This document shows positions 29,238 through 43,700 of a DNA stretch of 64,000 nucleotides, one piece after another. A program made the position numbers and the translations under genes. The stretch comes from Amoebophrya sp. A120 (lineage: Eukaryota > Protista > Dinoflagellata), in assembly GCA_905178155.1 (NCBI GenBank), contig CAJINV010000001.1:6419860-6483859 (forward strand). Reading direction: 5' to 3'. The notes beneath the pieces are model-generated. The model was not told the DNA's origin. It ran no database searches and worked only from the letters and a program-made list of their open reading frames with translations. The first letter of the stretch is position 1; each line of letters begins with the position of its first letter.

Positions 29238-30673
29238 ATGCCGGATTTCGGGTCTAGTTCTGCCAAGGCACACGGTGCCAACTACATGGACGACAGTGTC
29301 ATGGTAAGATTTTCATTTTGTTTCTCGTCTCTCTTTTGTTTTTTGTATTAGTATCGTCTTACAAGAAAATTTAAATTAGACACGATGCAAAGGAATCGCT
29401 CCTATGTTGGTTAGGTTAATATTATGCAAAAACACACATGCATCAACAACAACAACATACAGCAAACAACCGCCCGGGAGCGAAAACTGCGGGAAAACGA
29501 CATCGAGCGATGCCCGTTTTTGTACTCCACGGCGTCTTTTTCGCAGACCTACAGTATGGAGGCCGACGACGATCCGGGTCCGGGCACGTACGACGTGACG
29601 GACGCGTCCGCCGCACTGGGGCCCCAGTTTTCGTCCATGAAGCACACCGCCCCACGGGTGCCCATCCTCGAGAAGCACGAGTCCTCCTGGGCGAAGGTCT
29701 TTATCAGTCGGGCCGCCTCCGATGCCGCCGGGCGAGCGAAGGAAACCCCGGGACCGGGCACCTACGCAGTGCAGGTGGAATCCATTCCGGCCACAACAGG
29801 GGTACGATTTGGTCACGCGGCGCGACCAGAGCCGGGTTACACGAGCGACGGTCCCGGACCTATCTACGATGTGCGCGGAAACCCAAGAGAGCAGGGCGTC
29901 TCGGCGTTTTCTGCATCGGATCGGTACTACAGCAGATTTGCATTTGGATTCCGTTGCTCTTGTGCCGCATAAAGGTAGTGCTTGAAGATCATGATGCTCC
30001 TTCGTCTAAGTGCTGCTTTTTGCACCATTGACGTCGAATTAAGATCTCTTGTTTCTAACTTGTTATCAATAAATACCAGATGGGCGAGCGGCCCGTCGGA
30101 CAGGAGCTATCTCGGACCCGGTGAGTACGGTGCGGGCGAGAGTTTCACGGGTCGAATGCGAAAAGCAAAATCTTTCGCGGAGGGTCGCGACAAGTGGGAG
30201 AAGGTGGTCTTTCCGGGCTGCGAAAAAGTCTTCCTCGGCCGTGCCAGTCTCGGACCCGGAAAATGCCATGCATTTCAAAGTATACAAATTTACGGTTGAG
30301 GATGTCTTCACGCAATCATGTCAAGTTCGCTTCGCTTCCTTCTTCTTGTCCTACTTGTGTTTTTTCTTCTAAAATCGAGATCCAATTCGCAAACTCCTAA
30401 ACAGCCGGCGGCAAGACGGCTCCGTTCTGCAAGGCGGGGCGCGAAGGTCCGGGTGGCATGTGGGAGGGGCTCAAGCGGAAGGGCGAGATCCCAGGACCCG
30501 GGGCGTACAAGGTCGGTGGGCCGAAGCACAGCATTTTCAACAGCAAATCCGCCTTCAACTTCGGAAAGCCGCCACCTGCTGCGCGGTTGAACTGGAAGCG
30601 CCAAGTTTACGAGACCGCCTCCTGGTCGAGACTGGCCATGTCGAAAAACGAAAAATCGCAAGCACGCGGATGA
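29238..30673 (+). CDS. SHIPPO/ODF3-type PGPGxY-repeat protein (probably flagellar); exons 29238-29303, 29463-29923, 30080-30279, 30405-30673
   Basis: Repeated DPGPGTY, TPGPGTY, GPGPIY, LGPGEY, IPGPGAY; three GT-AG introns keep the frame. Confidence 0.8.
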
Positions 30674-31798
30674 GGTGACAGCGAGGAGAAGAAAATAAAG
30701 CGAGCTTGATTATCGAAGTTTTTTGTTATTGTTTGCATCCAAAGTTACAGGAGTTTGCTCATCCTATTACTAATTGTTCTGTTTGATTGACACTGAAAAA
30801 TGTAAAATGTTTGCACAAGTTTGACGATTTTCGTTTGTTTTGTTTTGATTGACAATTTGCACACTATTTGATTGACAACTCTTTGATCAGCCAGATTCAC
30901 ATCCACTGTAATGTTTCACTTTGAATAAATTTGACGGTACTTGAACCTAGTTTCACAACAGTCGAATATCGGTGTACAAAATTTCAAAATTGAGAAGTTT
31001 CGAAACTTGTAGATTTAGGTGTTGACCTCCACGACGGCAGATGCAGTAGAAAATGTACAGCTTTGTGGCGTGCCTGCGTGGCTGGTGGAGAAAGTGGGTT
31101 CATAAAAGGTTGTGGCCCTCGTCCAGGTCGAGCCACCAGTCTCCGCGATCTCGTTGACTTACTTTTCATCTTCTACTGCCCTTTTGTTTGATTCCAATTG
31201 ATCACATTTCACACACCACTCATTCCTGTAGTTCTTGTTTGATTGTGACGAACATCCTGTACACCAGTTTTTTAGTGCCTAGCAAGAAGAGGAACGATCA
31301 GCGTGATGATGTTACTCTGCTTTCAAAACTTTTGAAGAAATATAGAGCAGCGAATTTGAGCTGCATCACCAATAACCTGTACACTACAAAGCCAAAGAAA
31401 GTATCGCAACTACGAAAACCCTTACTGCGCTGGTGGCACACGCACAGCCAGTGCAAAAGTAGCAGTGTCACTGCTACAAGTTGTTTTGCTGGTTCTTGGC
31501 GATTCCACCTTTATGGTTGTTGGCGTCATGGTCATCATCACGAAGAAGAATAGGTGGAAACAAAGATGACTTAAAGATCAGAAAGTCAAACTACGAGGAA
31601 GTAATAGTTCTTGAACAAGTTGATGTTGAACAAATTCAAATAGAAATACAAAAGTGACGCCCCAGTATCAAAACTCAAGGAGGAGCGAGCAGTGAGCAGA
31701 CGTTGACTTTTATTCCACTTCTGGAAGGACGACGTATGCGTAACTAACTAAGAGAGAAATTAGAATAAGATCCGTTCTTGCAAGCTGCCAGTCAGCAC

Positions 31799-34700
31799 AT
31801 GACCGCCCCAATTTCTGCTCGTCGTTCCAGCAACATGTTGCTACGCACTTTCGTGAGTGTAGCAGCAACTCAGCTGCTCACCATTGCTCCGACACCCAGC
31901 GCCGCGACGAAATATCACAGGAAAAAGTGTTAACGTTTGCGGAATTTGTGATGCGGCAATGCATTACAAAACGTGCCCAAATTTGTCATGCATAGCATGC
32001 ATACTAGGCTAGATTTGTAATACATGGCTGCAATCTGTGAAAACCGTAAACGTTGACATTTTTTCTTGTGATACGAAAATGATTCCGATCATGCTTCCTG
32101 CAAAGAAGGTGACCTGCCCCGAAATCGAAGTCGGGAATTTTTGCGGTGGGACGAGTCGGGAGCAAACTCCGACCTATGCCGCTTACCAGAGCGACCAAAG
32201 TACAGCCGCATCTCCTTATGGAGGACACAGCCCAGGAGGAAGTTTTGGATTCAATGTCGGCAACATGTCGCCCAACGGCGCAGGAGCTGCAGGAAGTCCG
32301 TCGAACTTTCAGTTTACGGCTGGCGGCGCAGTCAGTCCTTCCTGGCAGATCGGCGTCAAGTCAATGCTCGCGCGCGGCGGCAGCGCGCCTCCCGTAGTGC
32401 AGCGCGGCAGATCGGCGGGCGAGGTCGCGTTTACTGGCGCAAACAGTCAGCAGCAAGGAAGTGCTGCGGCGCGCTCTGGTTCGGTGCCGTTGCTGAATTG
32501 CTGTGGAGGCGGGGGGAACAACAGGGTGTATAAACGCCCGGCTGTGCCAAGTGTTGAACCCACGGCGAGGGCGCAGAGCATGTCAGACATGCCAAAGCAG
32601 ATGCTGCACTACATGAAAGATCAGTACTACAAGACCTCGTTCGGACGCGAGAACCCCATCACAGATTACGTCGATTTTACCAACAGCGTCTTCCTCGGCC
32701 GCGGCACGTCCGCGGTGGTGGTATCCGGCACCCTGAAACGGACCGGCGCACCGGTCGCCGTGAAGCGGTTTCCGAAGCGCAAGGACAAGAACAGTTTTGT
32801 CACGTGGACCGACTACTTGCAGGGAGAGCGCAGGTTCGAGATCGACCGGGCCCGGGACGAGTGCGAGTGGGCGCAAAAGATACAGGAGGTCGCCGGAAAA
32901 ACCAGGTTGTACAAGGGTATTACCTTCACGATTTTTCTGTTTCGTTAATAACAGGTCTTCCAATTGTAAGTACGTCTACTACTTCTCCATGTACTGACCT
33001 TTACAACCTGTACAGCACAAGCTCAAGCATGCACTTACAGATGCGTGCCAGATCTGTGCCCCCTTTGCTTCTAAATGTGATAGAGATAGTGATTATACCA
33101 TGCAGGGTGAAGTTTTGCAGGACGGTGCACTGGTTTGTATCTTTCTTGTTTTCGCTTTCGGTGATTCATAAAAAAATCTATAACCGCGCAAACGATCTTC
33201 AGTTTCAACCTGAAAAGATCCAAAAATCATTTTCCGGGGGCGTCACCCCGGGAAATAAATTTTAGATTTTTTTATGTAAGAATGTAGTGAAAAATCAATT
33301 TGATATGGTGGGACAAACCTTCACCCTTTCCTCATTTTATAAGTGAACCACTACCCTTTGCATTACTATTAATTTTTATAATTATGATAATTGCAATTCT
33401 GCATTCGGTCTGGTGGCAGCTCCATTTCTTCCGCTTTCGTCCTCGTTTTTATCCGTTCACCTTCGTCGATCTCGATAGCAAGAGAAGAAATTGCTATTCA
33501 TTTTGCATCGTTGTGTTCTCGTTTCGTCATCGGTTTTTTTTCGTCACAGCCATCGAATCGTTGAACGGGACGGAGATGGCGCGAAACGGATTGGATGAAG
33601 GCGATGATGGGCAACCGCACCTGAAAGATGCTTGAGGTTTTGTTTTTGATGAGAAAGCACTTATTTTCATTTTGACCGCAAGGCGAATCGAGCCGAAAGA
33701 CACGCACTGAAATCAAATTGAAGCTGAAGACGAAAAGTGAAAAAGAAAATGAAAAACAAAAAGCAAAATGAAAAATAGTACGATGCCGAACAGACGCAAG
33801 GCAGTCACAGGCTGGCCGTATCTGTCGAGCGTGTCGAAAACCTTCACCGCTCCGCCCACATCCGCCGTGTTCTCCATCGTTGTTCATTTTGCTGTGGAAG
33901 CTGCCTGTTGGATTTTTGTAGTCAGCCTTGCTGCACTTGGCCAAAGTGTCGGCTTTTGTTTTGGGTCGGAACTAAGAACCAGCTAGCACCTGTGGTTCAC
34001 ATCTTCGGAGTCTTACTCTTAATCGTTTTTGTTTTTCCACCTTCGTGCTCAGCTCCAAAGTAAAAGTTTAAGGCATTGTCGAGTTTCAATTTTAGCACAG
34101 AGAAAATCTAGAAAGTAGAAGCAGTTTTTTTGTCATCGTCTTATCGAAAGTCAAAGTCTAAGTCGAGAGTTATTCTGGTTTACCTCGTGCTCGTGGGTCG
34201 TGGTCGGAGTGTCGTCAGTTCGTTGTGGGAAAGTAGATCATGAGTTGCTCGCAGGATATCGGGATGGGGTCGCGGCCGTGAGTTGTAGAGTTGTATCGTG
34301 GTCGTGCTTTTTGTTTTCGGTCTTATTTGCTCGCTCGCGTTAGGACCTTGACCTTGAGCTTGACCTTCACCTTGACCTTCGGCCTCGACATCGAACAGCG
34401 CGCACTAGTACGGGCCCAGAATTAGAAATAGCACTACAGTACTAGCAGCAGTCTATCTTTTCTGTTTTTCATTTTCTTCTTCTCACCCTGACAACTGAGG
34501 ATGAGTTTCATACATCCGCGAGTCTAGCTCTAGACTTTTAGTTCGATCACAGATTTTGATTTACGTTTACGTTTAGACCTGCAAAAGCGTTTACAGTTTT
34601 AACCCAAGAAAAAGCAAAGTAAAAACATCATGCCGCCCTCTCCGCAGTATGGCGAGGATGTGCTGTCAACTTCTGGGGCGAGGTTTGCGCATCTCCAGAA

Positions 34701-37700
34701 GCTGCTTGTTTTCTATCATCCTACTGCTCCGCAATCCGCCGTCGAAGTTGGGATCGAAGTTGGGTCGAAGGTCGGGAAGGGACAACCTGGAAAACCAAAA
34801 ACGAAAACGAGCAGAGACGGTGACAAGGCTGCAGGATCAGAAAGCGAAGATGCGGCAGTTCCGAAGAAGGACGCGTTGCGAAAACGGTACGACGTGTGGA
34901 TCAACGAAAGTCCCGCGTTGCGGTGGGAGGACTTCGCTCGGATTCAGTGCAAAAAATTTGGAGCACCGTATTCCCGCGAAGAAGAAAACCAAAGCCAGGG
35001 CGAAGGCCTACTCTCTCAGCGCGTAGGCCCGGATGCGGAACAACAACAATCACAGCAACAAAAACAAGCACCTACTGGCACTGCTGCAAATGTTTCTTCT
35101 TTTGGCGCAGCGATGAGCCCGTCGGTGCAGATCGCCGCCCAATCATCGCGAGACAACTATCTGCGAAAGCTGCAAGACGACCGGCCCAAGGAGCACCTGT
35201 GGTACACTTTGGGAAAAAGCGGCGGCACGGCGCGAGCGCGGAACAAGACGGTGCAAATCACCCGCGACGCGAGCGCGCACAGTCGCCACACGAAGACGAC
35301 CCAAGGTGCCAAACTGCGGGTCGTGCATGGAAAAGCAAAGCCATCTTCTTCAAATACGCGAGCACTGTGTCCGCGACGGAAGAAGCAGGTCGTGGCTCAG
35401 CGGCGACGTGGAGATCTCGGGCCACTGGATGAGGAAGACGACCTGTTGGAAGACGACAACCCGAATCCGCCACCACGAAAAGATCCGGACGAGATGACGG
35501 ACTGTTTGACCGAAATTTCTGAAACGGACACGTCGTGCATCGAGTCCAGCAGTGACGAAGGCGAGGACAACAGCATTCAGACTGATGGGGATACAAGGCT
35601 GCACAACAAGCGGAGCGCTTTGTTTTCCGATGGTGTTCGGATCGCGGCGGGTGGATGGTCGGAAGACAAAGCGAAGAAAACCGCCATCAAAGAAGAAAAA
35701 GCAAAGGTGACCGAGGATGGGAACGATCGCAAAGAGGCTTCGAGAGCGGAGTTGCGGTTTTTCGACATCGCGCGGATCTCCGGCCGTGCCCGCATGATGT
35801 CGCTTCTCGTCTCTACCGGCGTGGTTGCTGATGATCGAGAACCGCGTCCATCCAAAAAAAAAAATGATACAAACGAGTCGCAGGAAACAACAGGCTCCGG
35901 GAAGACAGCAACTTCTTCAACATCTTCATCCGCAAGAGCGAAGCTCGGCTTCGCAGGGCGGGCAGCTGCAATGAAGCTGGATCTGGTGAGCAGTGGGTCT
36001 GACGTCGATGATGAACCTGTGTCGCAGATGGACTTGGACATCGGCGGTTCGCTCGCAGTTATTCCCGAAGATGAGGAGGGCGTCTTTCTCGACCCGAGTA
36101 CCGGGTTGGAGAAAAATGCAGACGGGTTTCGCAGCGTGACGAAGGACCGGATCGCGAAAATGAAAACCAAAGGAGCCAACAACAAGCAGGGCAGCTCGAG
36201 TTCCTCCGGATCCGGTCCACTGAAGCTGGACCCTGTCACGGGGTTGCCGCTGTCTTCCACGGGAAAACGGCCGCGAAGCAACACTATTGAAACGTTGCTA
36301 CCGCCATTAGGTACTTGTGCTTCTATCTTCAGCCTCTTCCTGTTTTTGGATTTGCATTTGATCTACCACTAAGTCGAACTCTAGCAAGCAACGCGCGCAA
36401 GTATCGTCTAAGATCGACGCTGACACTTTTGCGCATGACAGATTGGGTTTTCAACTTTATGCTTTTCGAAAGCGACTTGCTTTCGGTTTTGAATTTGATT
36501 TTGAAATACATAAAGTTGAATCAAACCCATCGAGCTTTAGATTTTGTTTTTTGAAAAGCAAAAATGTGAAGATGAAAACGACATCGGTTTCGACTTTGAC
36601 GCTGCAACGGCTTTTCAAAAACAAAACAAAAACAGAAGAAGACGAACACGAACCCACTAGCAGCCTGTTTGCTGGAAAGAGCGGAGCTGCATCTGCGGGG
36701 CAGGTGCAGACCCGCAGCGTGTTCATGTTGAATCCGGAGAATCTCGCGCGGGCGGATGCAGCGTCGGGCTTAGGCGGTAGCTTCGGGTCTTCTTCATCCT
36801 CGCGAGCTGCGGGGGAAGATCTGCAGGCGACTATGAGCGACATGTTCCGCAATGCCCGGGAAACAACTAGCATCTTCGGCGACGCGGTGACGATGGACGA
36901 CACGGCGTTGAAGTCTGCGGGCCCGACCGGAGAACTGACAAAAAGCGGGTACCAGTATGGGCCGGGGGTCAAAGAAGATCTCGGACAAAAGGAAAAAAGA
37001 CCAAGAATCGCGATCAGGTGCAGTCCCGATGCGACTCCATACGACGAGATCAAAGCCATGAATTGTTTCGCGACTTTGTTCAAGAGCGACTTCCGCGACC
37101 CGATGATCGTGTACAGCCACGACGTCGCTCTGCCGACAATCTCCACGGCATCGGGCGCGGAAAGTTTTCTGCAGGACCTGTACGAGGCTGCTTTCTCGGT
37201 GGGTTTTCCGTTGCCGGGAATGTGGTCGAAACTTTGCAGGCTGGGAGGGAAAATTTTGAAGTTTCGCCCGTCGTTAGTAGTTACTAGTGACAGTGGGTCG
37301 GACGTGAAGAAGGGGGTGAAGATGATGATGCAGTGGTGCGAGGCGCAGCGGAAGTACGACGCGGAGGAAAAAGATGGCGAGCCGCATTGGACAGTGTCGT
37401 GGTTGCAGTGTCAGCTCCACTTGGCGCACATCATAGGCGGAACAATCACCAGCGTAGCGTCGAAGTTGTTCAGTCTGGACTATCGCAAAAGCGTTGCCGC
37501 GGTTTCCAAAACTGTGAACTTGTGGACTGCACCGAGGAGAACAGGGAACGACCGCGGAGGGAGAGGAAAGAAAACAATTGAGGAGCTGAAGAAGGAGTTG
37601 TACGCCGTCGATGCAGAGCAGCAAAAACTCCTGGACGGGATGACAGCGATTGACCGAGAAATCTGGCACAGCGAGCGGATTCAGAGCGACCCGGTCTTGC

Positions 37701-40700
37701 AAGAAAAGCAGGCGAAGCTGGAAGAAAAAGTGGAGAAAAAGAAAAACCCGGTGAAACGAGTGAAGTCCTTCGTCCGCACCCGGTGGCTGAGTATCGGAAA
37801 GTGCATCAAAGGTCTTTGGACACAGCAGGAGGAAATCACAGCACGCATCCTGGACCGGACTGATAAGGATTTGCAGGATAAGAACCGAAAATTTTTGCAG
37901 CGGGCGAAGAAGGCGATGCTGGCGCCGCTGTGGTGGTCGGGTCTGCGGATTCTCCACCTGCTGCTCACCGAAATTGACCGGGTTGCTGGTGTTGTCATGC
38001 ATTCGACCAGCAAGGAGATGGACGGCGCCTCGGTGGAAGCGTTCGCCAAACATCTTCCCAGATGCCACTCCGTCGACTTGTGCCAGCGTGTCGGGGAGTT
38101 TTTGGTTACGCTCGGTGGGCTGGTCTATCGCGGCCTCGAAACAGTCGGTCTTGCGGGTCCTTTAGTCATTTTGTTTTATACATTGGCTAAAGAGCTCGAC
38201 ATCCGCCACCGCCCGCTCCGCTCGTGGCCGTACCGACTTGCGTTTTTATTTTCTGCGGACCAGAGCGAACGGCTGAAGACCATTCAGGACCTGTTGAAGG
38301 ATTGCGAGAGCGAAGCTGGTAGGAAGGACCTGCCGCTGGAGGTTCGGGATTTGTATCGGCTTTTCCATCTGGAGCTGAAAATGGTTGCGGAATCGCTCAA
38401 GAAGAAGAAGAACATCGGGCGGAGCCGGGCCTTCGTTCGAAACTTAGCGCCGATTATTCGGGCGTTTTTGGCTTCGAGCCAAATCGCCGAATCCCTGAGC
38501 TCCACTACCAGCTGGATCAAGCGAGAAGCTGGCGGTTTAATCGGAATGCTTCTTGCTTCTGCGCGTTTGTTTACGCGCCGCGGAGCAGGGCGGGACGTCG
38601 ACTTCGAACAGTATCTCTTCGTTGAGGACAACGCCCGATGCCAGAAAGCAACGATGCAAATCCGAAAGGAGTTGCTAACCCACGGGATACACGGCGCGCC
38701 GCAGATCAGTGATAGGTCGGATCACTTTCTGCGGAACCCAATAAACCCGCAACTCACGCCGGAAGCGATTGTTGCGGATTTTTTTGAAGTTTTGAACCGG
38801 CCGGACTGCCCGGAGGCGCCGAAGTTGGCCACAGGCGACAAAGCAAAAGGGAAAACTAGGGAAAGGCAGCAGTACGGCGCAGCGCCGCTGAGCATGAAAC
38901 TCTTTCAGTTTTCGGTTATGGACATCATCGGCATCCCCAAGTACGACAAAAACAACAACGCGAGAAAAGGAGCGGGCGCATCAAACTACTTCGTGTTGGA
39001 GAAATTGAAGAAAGACGCGGTGCTGTGCGAGGTGAACATCGTGCAAGGCGGGATGAAGGAGAAGGGTCACGAGGTGAGAATGGAAATTGACCTCGACGCC
39101 CAGTGCTGGTTCTCGGACGCTATTGGCGCGCGGAAAGAAGACCATCCCTCCAAGGCAGCAAAAAAAAACTTCAAAAACAAAAACCCGGAACTGCGCCCGG
39201 TGGTACTTGATGGCCAAAACGTGCTGAAGTACTTTCACATCGACACCAAGCAGCGGCGGAAGTACTTCCAGGTTCGACAGACGGAGGAATCTTATGTGGA
39301 GTTTTATTTTCAGCACCGGGTGCGGGCCGATGGAACACCGGATCCAAATCCGACGGCCTATCCGGGAAACGAAGCAGACCAGATTTGGGCTCGGGGTGAG
39401 CTGGTCCGCATGGAGTGGAATGACGCTTGTTTGTCGAAGGAAGTCGAAGAAACCAACATCGAGGAGAAAAAGTTGAAGAAAGCGTTGAAGCAGGACCGGC
39501 TGGATTCTCCCACGCGGCGAACGCGAGAATCAAAGTGGAACCTCGTACCGCTGCGGACCCGCGTCCCCGAGCTTGCAGTGAGTGGTCTAATCGGTCGCGG
39601 ATACGCGATCTACCAAATCGAGTCGAAGACGTGGTGGGGCCGGTTGAAGAATGCAGTTCCTTTTTCTCGGGGTAGTGTGCCAGCTGCTAGCGCCGCAGCT
39701 GTTGCTCCGCCGCAGGTTGCGCCGGACAACAATCCGAAACCCCAAGCGAAGCAAACCAAAAAACAAAAGAAAGCAGCTGCAGCAGGCGACAGTAAATCTG
39801 CAGGCGCGAGTGCGCGCGCGGGCGCACAGGTGGGCGCGGGCGTGCGCGCGCACACGCACACGGGCGTGCAGGCGCACGCAGGTACAGGCGCGGGCGCGCA
39901 GGCAGGCGCGGGTGCACGTGCAGGCGCGGGCGCGCAGGTGGGCGCGCAGGCGGGCGCGCAGGCGCACGTGCACGCGGACCCGCACGTGCACGTGCACGCG
40001 CAGGCGGGTGCGCAGGCGCATGTGCACGCGCGGGCGAGTGCGCGTGCGGACGCGGGCGCGCGCGCGCACGAGGCGGGTGCGAAAATAGTCGGACATGCTG
40101 GTGCGGAATTGCAAGCGGAAGTAGTTTCGGAGAATAAAAGTGGTGGCGACGGAAAAGTGAAGAAAACGCCAAACGGTGGCGTTTATCGGGATCGGTACTT
40201 CGGGGGGAAGACCAGAGAGGCGCTGGTGAAAAACATGATCGAGTACGAAAAGGGGTCGAGCGAGTCGTACATCGCTCCGGCGGGTGAGGATGTGCTAGTT
40301 GCTTCCACGACGCTAACGGCGTACCTGAAGGACAACAAGCTATTTGCAAAAAAACAAAAACGCAATGACAACATCGAAATGAATTCCGACGACGAAAGTA
40401 CCTACGAGTCGTCGGGAACCGACTCGGATTTCGACGAGTCTGACAGTTCTGACGAAGACTAAATGATGGCAGGGTGAGACGCTGAAGGCAGTGCTAGCGC
40501 TGCGCTTCTGATGTAAAACCCGCATGCGCTAGTAGGTCGAGCACTGCTGCAGCGTAGTAGTAAATTTTGTTTGAGCACTCACCTCCTTCTCTTTGTTTTG
40601 AAATTAGTTTCATTTTTCTACCTCGCGTTAAGATCCAGCATGAAGCGAATCTGTCATGCAAAATAAACGAAAACCAAAATTAAAGCGTGTACATTTTTAC

Positions 40701-43700
40701 TTAATGTTGCTTGAAATAGGTGGACAGAAGCTCCATGCAATAAGCTATCCACCGAGCAAAAGACGAGAGCTTCTTATTATTTATCAACGAGGCGCAACTA
40801 GGCGAATTTGCATCGCAAACCAATAAAATTATGCACAATAAATCGCCGAACTCGAGATGCAAAAGTTGACTGCAGTACTGCTAATTGCATCTGTTTTATA
40901 TGTACGTGTATGATTTTTGGCTCTAGAGTTTTGATCTTTTGATAGTTTTAGAATAGGAAAAAGCTAAAAAGTGCATCGAGATTTGTCATGCTAGAGCTAG
41001 AATCTTGAAACAAAATTCCTACCTGTGCGAAGATTTCTGGCGTCGTTTGGAGGTGTTTGAGCTCCGTTTCGCCGCTTTCTCGTCCTGCAGATCGAGGCAG
41101 ATTCGTGTGTTCCAAAGGGCAAAATAGATGAGATCGAGGCTGTCCAAGACTGCAGCGAACCGCTTCTGTTGTTGTTTTTTGATGAATGTGGGTCCTTTAC
41201 CGAGCTGAAAACTGATGACGTTCGACGCCAATCGAAGGCGATTTTGTATGATGAAACGACAACCAAAAAACAATGATTCAAAAACTAAATTGTACGCAAA
41301 GGGAGGTCGATCACTTCCAAAGGGACAGCCAACACATCACGAAGTGGCCAGGATCGCTTTGGAAGTGAAGGGCCTCCCTTTGCGTACAATTTAATTTTTG
41401 AATCATCATTTTTGGGATCGTTTTCCAACGTCCAACTTCGACTCATTTTAAGTTGTAAAGCCATCTCGTTTTGATTTTTTTCATTCTCATTCACCACCAA
41501 AAATATCATAGTAGGAGAAGAAAACCAGGTAGAAAATAAGCTAAGACCAAGTAAGTTGCGACCTATTTTCCATCTCTGTCAACCGGAGTTTCGTGTAAAA
41601 AAAGTTGCGCATCGACGTGCTTTTTGTGTAAAAAAATACTTATTTTCCATTGAATCCACCTCGAAAATGCCGCTTCCGACCGCAGCGGAAGTGAGCGACT
41701 TTGTCTCGTTACTGGATGCGGGAGAGGCTGGAAAGCCCGAGGCCGAGGCCTTTATGGCTCGGCTCTCGAAGCTTCCGTTCGACAGCAAAAATCCGAAATC
41801 CGTCGAAATTCCTCTGACCGAAGTGCACGTGTTGCGGAGCGGGCGCCACCCGCAAAACCGCGTTACAAACCCCGACAACCTGAAAACGTTGAAACACGCG
41901 ATGAAAAACAAGGGCAAAAAAGGAGGATATGAAGGAATGAAAGTCGGTACGTGCAAAATGTTTTTTCGTTTCACATACATTTTTCGTTCAAAAATATTAG
42001 CGCTCACTGTCATCCTATCGCGCAAATGTCTCGTTCAAAACTAGAGCTGCGTTGAGAATTTGTATTGCGCGTTTTGTTTTCTTTGCATCATTTAGATCGA
42101 TAGTCTCTATGTCAGTCCTCATGTAGATGTACTTGCACATGCACAGGATAACTGAAACCACACCCGCACGCAAACAAGAATAAAACTAAAACCCAATCCT
42201 AATACCAGTTCTCTTTGCTGTCGATTACGGCAACACCGGAAAGTGCGAGTACGTGTGCGCCTTCCTGCACGGCGGACATACGATCCTCGCCCTGTACGAA
42301 GAGGGGTGGTTCGATTTCGGGATCAGTGTGATTTTACTCGACCCGGAAGTGGACCAGTACGAGGCTACCAGAGAAACACGCGCTACTGCAAAAAAAAATG
42401 GAAATGCAGCAAGATCAGGAGCACTTCCTTATAGTTTGACTTCGTTATCGTTTTGCACAAAATCAAAATTAAAACTTGTTATGCAAAAAGTGAAAAGGAA
42501 ATCTGTAATGCAAAAGATTTGCCACGCAGAAAATTTGTAATGCAGAAAAAATGAAACGCCATGCAAAGCGTCTTGCTCTTGTGCCATTTCTTTTTGCAGT
42601 AGCAGCTGTTTCATTCCATAGCAGAATTAATCTCGCAGTTCGTGCTCCTGAAAAACGACGAACCCGTCGGAGTGGCTCCGTCCTGGCTGGAAGTCATCAA
42701 GCGCACCGCGCGGGTGCGTTTCCTTCTTTCATTTTAGATGAAGCTCTTAGTCGTTGCAGCTCCAACTCCATTCGTTCCTGCGTCTCCAGCTTCAGCTCGA
42801 TCTTCAAAAGTTATCCTTTCTGATTTCCATTCTGCAATGCAAGTTGTAATGCTCCTTCATGTTTGAGTGTGGTTTTCGTTTTTCATTTACTTTTTCGCGA
42901 TCTAATTTTCGAATGAAAAAATGAAAATCAAAATATCAGAACGACGAAGCCTATGCGGAACACGAGGAAAACCAAAAAGCCAAGGGCAGAGAGCCCCGCC
43001 CCATGGAGGAATGGACCGAGGGCCAGGTGGGAAAAGAGTGGAAGGGGCAGGTGAAGACTTACAAGCAAACGGCGTGCGCAATGGTGAAGAAGGGTTTGTT
43101 ATGCATCGAAAGCGAAAATATAGCACCAGCAGGTGGGGACAAAAGCAAAACCAAAAGTGAAGGGCATGTCTTTTTTTCATCCGCATGACACAAAAATAAA
43201 AAAACCAAGAAAGCAGATGCTTGTCATACTGAGAAATTTTTTGATCTTGGTTGGAGCCTGTCATGCAACTGCAACTGCTAGTGGTGCAATATTTTTGAAA
43301 ATGCATGACCGTGCCACGAATGGACCATGTTCGGAATCGCGATCAGCACCCAAGTGCCGCGGCCGCGGGAGAAGGACGAGCACATGACGCTGTTCAGCTT
43401 CGCGCACGTATTTTTTTACTTCGTTATCGTTTCAAAATCAAAAATCAAATTCAAAAGCAAAAGTAGAGCTACGCTGTGGATTAGCATTACAAAATGAAAA
43501 CATTTTTCAAAAAATTTTTTCGCTCAGAGTCAGACTTTCGCCTCCCGATCCGAATCCATTTCGAAAAAAATAAAAACTAAAAACAGAACAAGCTGATGCG
43601 CGTGGTCATCTACGACGAAGAAACTCCGGTGCGGAGTTTGCGGCTCGATATGCACTTTGCGATTTGGACCACATTGACCTACGCTTGCGGGAAGCCGGAG

